Shown one piece after another: positions 63,101 through 64,000 of a DNA stretch of 64,000 nucleotides. The notes beneath the pieces are model-generated. The model was not told where the DNA came from, did no database searches, and was given only the letters and a program-made list of their open reading frames with translations. Within the stretch, counting starts at the first letter, position 1, and each line of letters opens with the position of its first letter. A program made the translations under genes and the position numbers. Location of the stretch: the NCBI GenBank assembly GCA_964247055.1, contig OZ176055.1:6014001-6078000 (forward strand), in the 5' to 3' direction. This DNA comes from Paragordius varius (taxonomy: Eukaryota; Animalia; Nematomorpha).

Positions 63101-63624
63101 AATATAAATATTATTTCAATAAATTTATCGTTTGCACATATTTCTAATTATATTTTTTGTTTTTCATCCATATCTAGAAAGTAATTAGATTTTGGTTTCT
63201 GTTAGGCCAATTTTTGTCTGTAAAAAATATAACCGGTTCCTCACAAATAATCACGTCCCTAAATTTAATCTAAAATAGTTTTTATTTAGTCAATTTAAAT
63301 ATTCTGAACATAAAATTCAACTATTTTTCTTCCCAAAAGTAAAGTATGCTTTTTGGGTAAATAAACTAATTGGGATCAATGCAGAATTTTTTCCTTATTA
63401 CATTGTATTCTTTTCATTTTTAGTAAATTGGTTAATATATATATATATATATTTAATTGGTTTTAATTAGCGAAAACGTTTAGGCCCTTCATGGGTATTG
63501 GTAGGTTTTTTTTATAAATAAGGCGTAATTTTGTTATAAATGTAATAATCAATGTTTTTGGCTATAATGAAATTATCAATCAATATATTATGATTAAAAA
63601 AAACTTTAATTTTTAATATTTAAA

Positions 63625-63900
63625 TAGGCACAACAGAATCGGCTTCGCCGGCCGCATTTAAAAATATATGTCATTAATAACTATATTATATGGTTTAAGA
63701 GATAAAACTGTAATTATATAAATAACCTATTATTTCACCAATTGCTAATGCCGAAATTATGGAAGCGTTTATTCAAAGTTTAAGAAATTTTTGGATTTCA
63801 TTTATCATATAAATAGCCATATTTACAAATTAAAAAATTTTTTATTTCAAAGTTTTTTGGGCCATATAAAATACCTTGGAGGCCCGCATGTTAAGCACAT
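63625..63900. mobile_element. Degenerate hAT MITE copy
   Basis: CAACAGAATCGGCTTCGCCGGCCGCATTT ... GGCCCGCATGTTAAGCAC resembles the family ends. Confidence 0.5.
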
Positions 63901-64000
63901 CTTCTTTATATTTTGTTTAGCTATTGTATCCAACCGAAACAATCAGCTGATTTTAAGAATGTATAATTTTTTTGCAAGCCCTAATTAAAACATTAAAGTT

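Overview
This is very AT-rich eukaryotic (invertebrate animal) genomic DNA with spliced genes and many non-autonomous DNA-transposon relics. The taxon cannot be determined from the sequence. I assembled five genes by hand from GT-AG sites, splice phase and protein motifs: (1) the 3' part of a USP1-like deubiquitinase (+, 830-2267); (2) a 37-exon PDZ-RGS-C1-DH-PH RhoGEF of the RhoGEF2/ARHGEF11/12 type (+, ~16298-41079, ~2588 aa, all phases consistent); (3) a 2-exon FKRP/LicD-family phosphotransferase (-, 47067-49752, 703 aa); (4) an 8-exon DHDH-type Gfo/Idh/MocA oxidoreductase (-, 59832-62554, 340 aa); (5) a tiny RPAP2/Rtr1 CTD-phosphatase homologue (+, 62633-63100, 139 aa), head-to-head with DHDH with only 78 bp between start codons. 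The most striking signal is a discrete class of 21-25 nt GT-AG introns: four are well supported, one more uses a weak GAG acceptor, and one is a candidate. All six lie within the first ~230 coding nt of their genes, while the other 41 introns are 65 nt to 5.6 kb. This suggests a cap-proximal micro-intron splicing mode inside an otherwise intron-large, transposon-rich genome. Mobile DNA includes Buster/Charlie-type hAT elements with 8-bp nnnTAnnn target-site duplications (TSDs), one of them with transposase remnants. There is also a TATA-flanked CCATTTAC MITE family and a TTAA-flanked MITE. No rRNA, intact tRNA or CRISPR array was seen.
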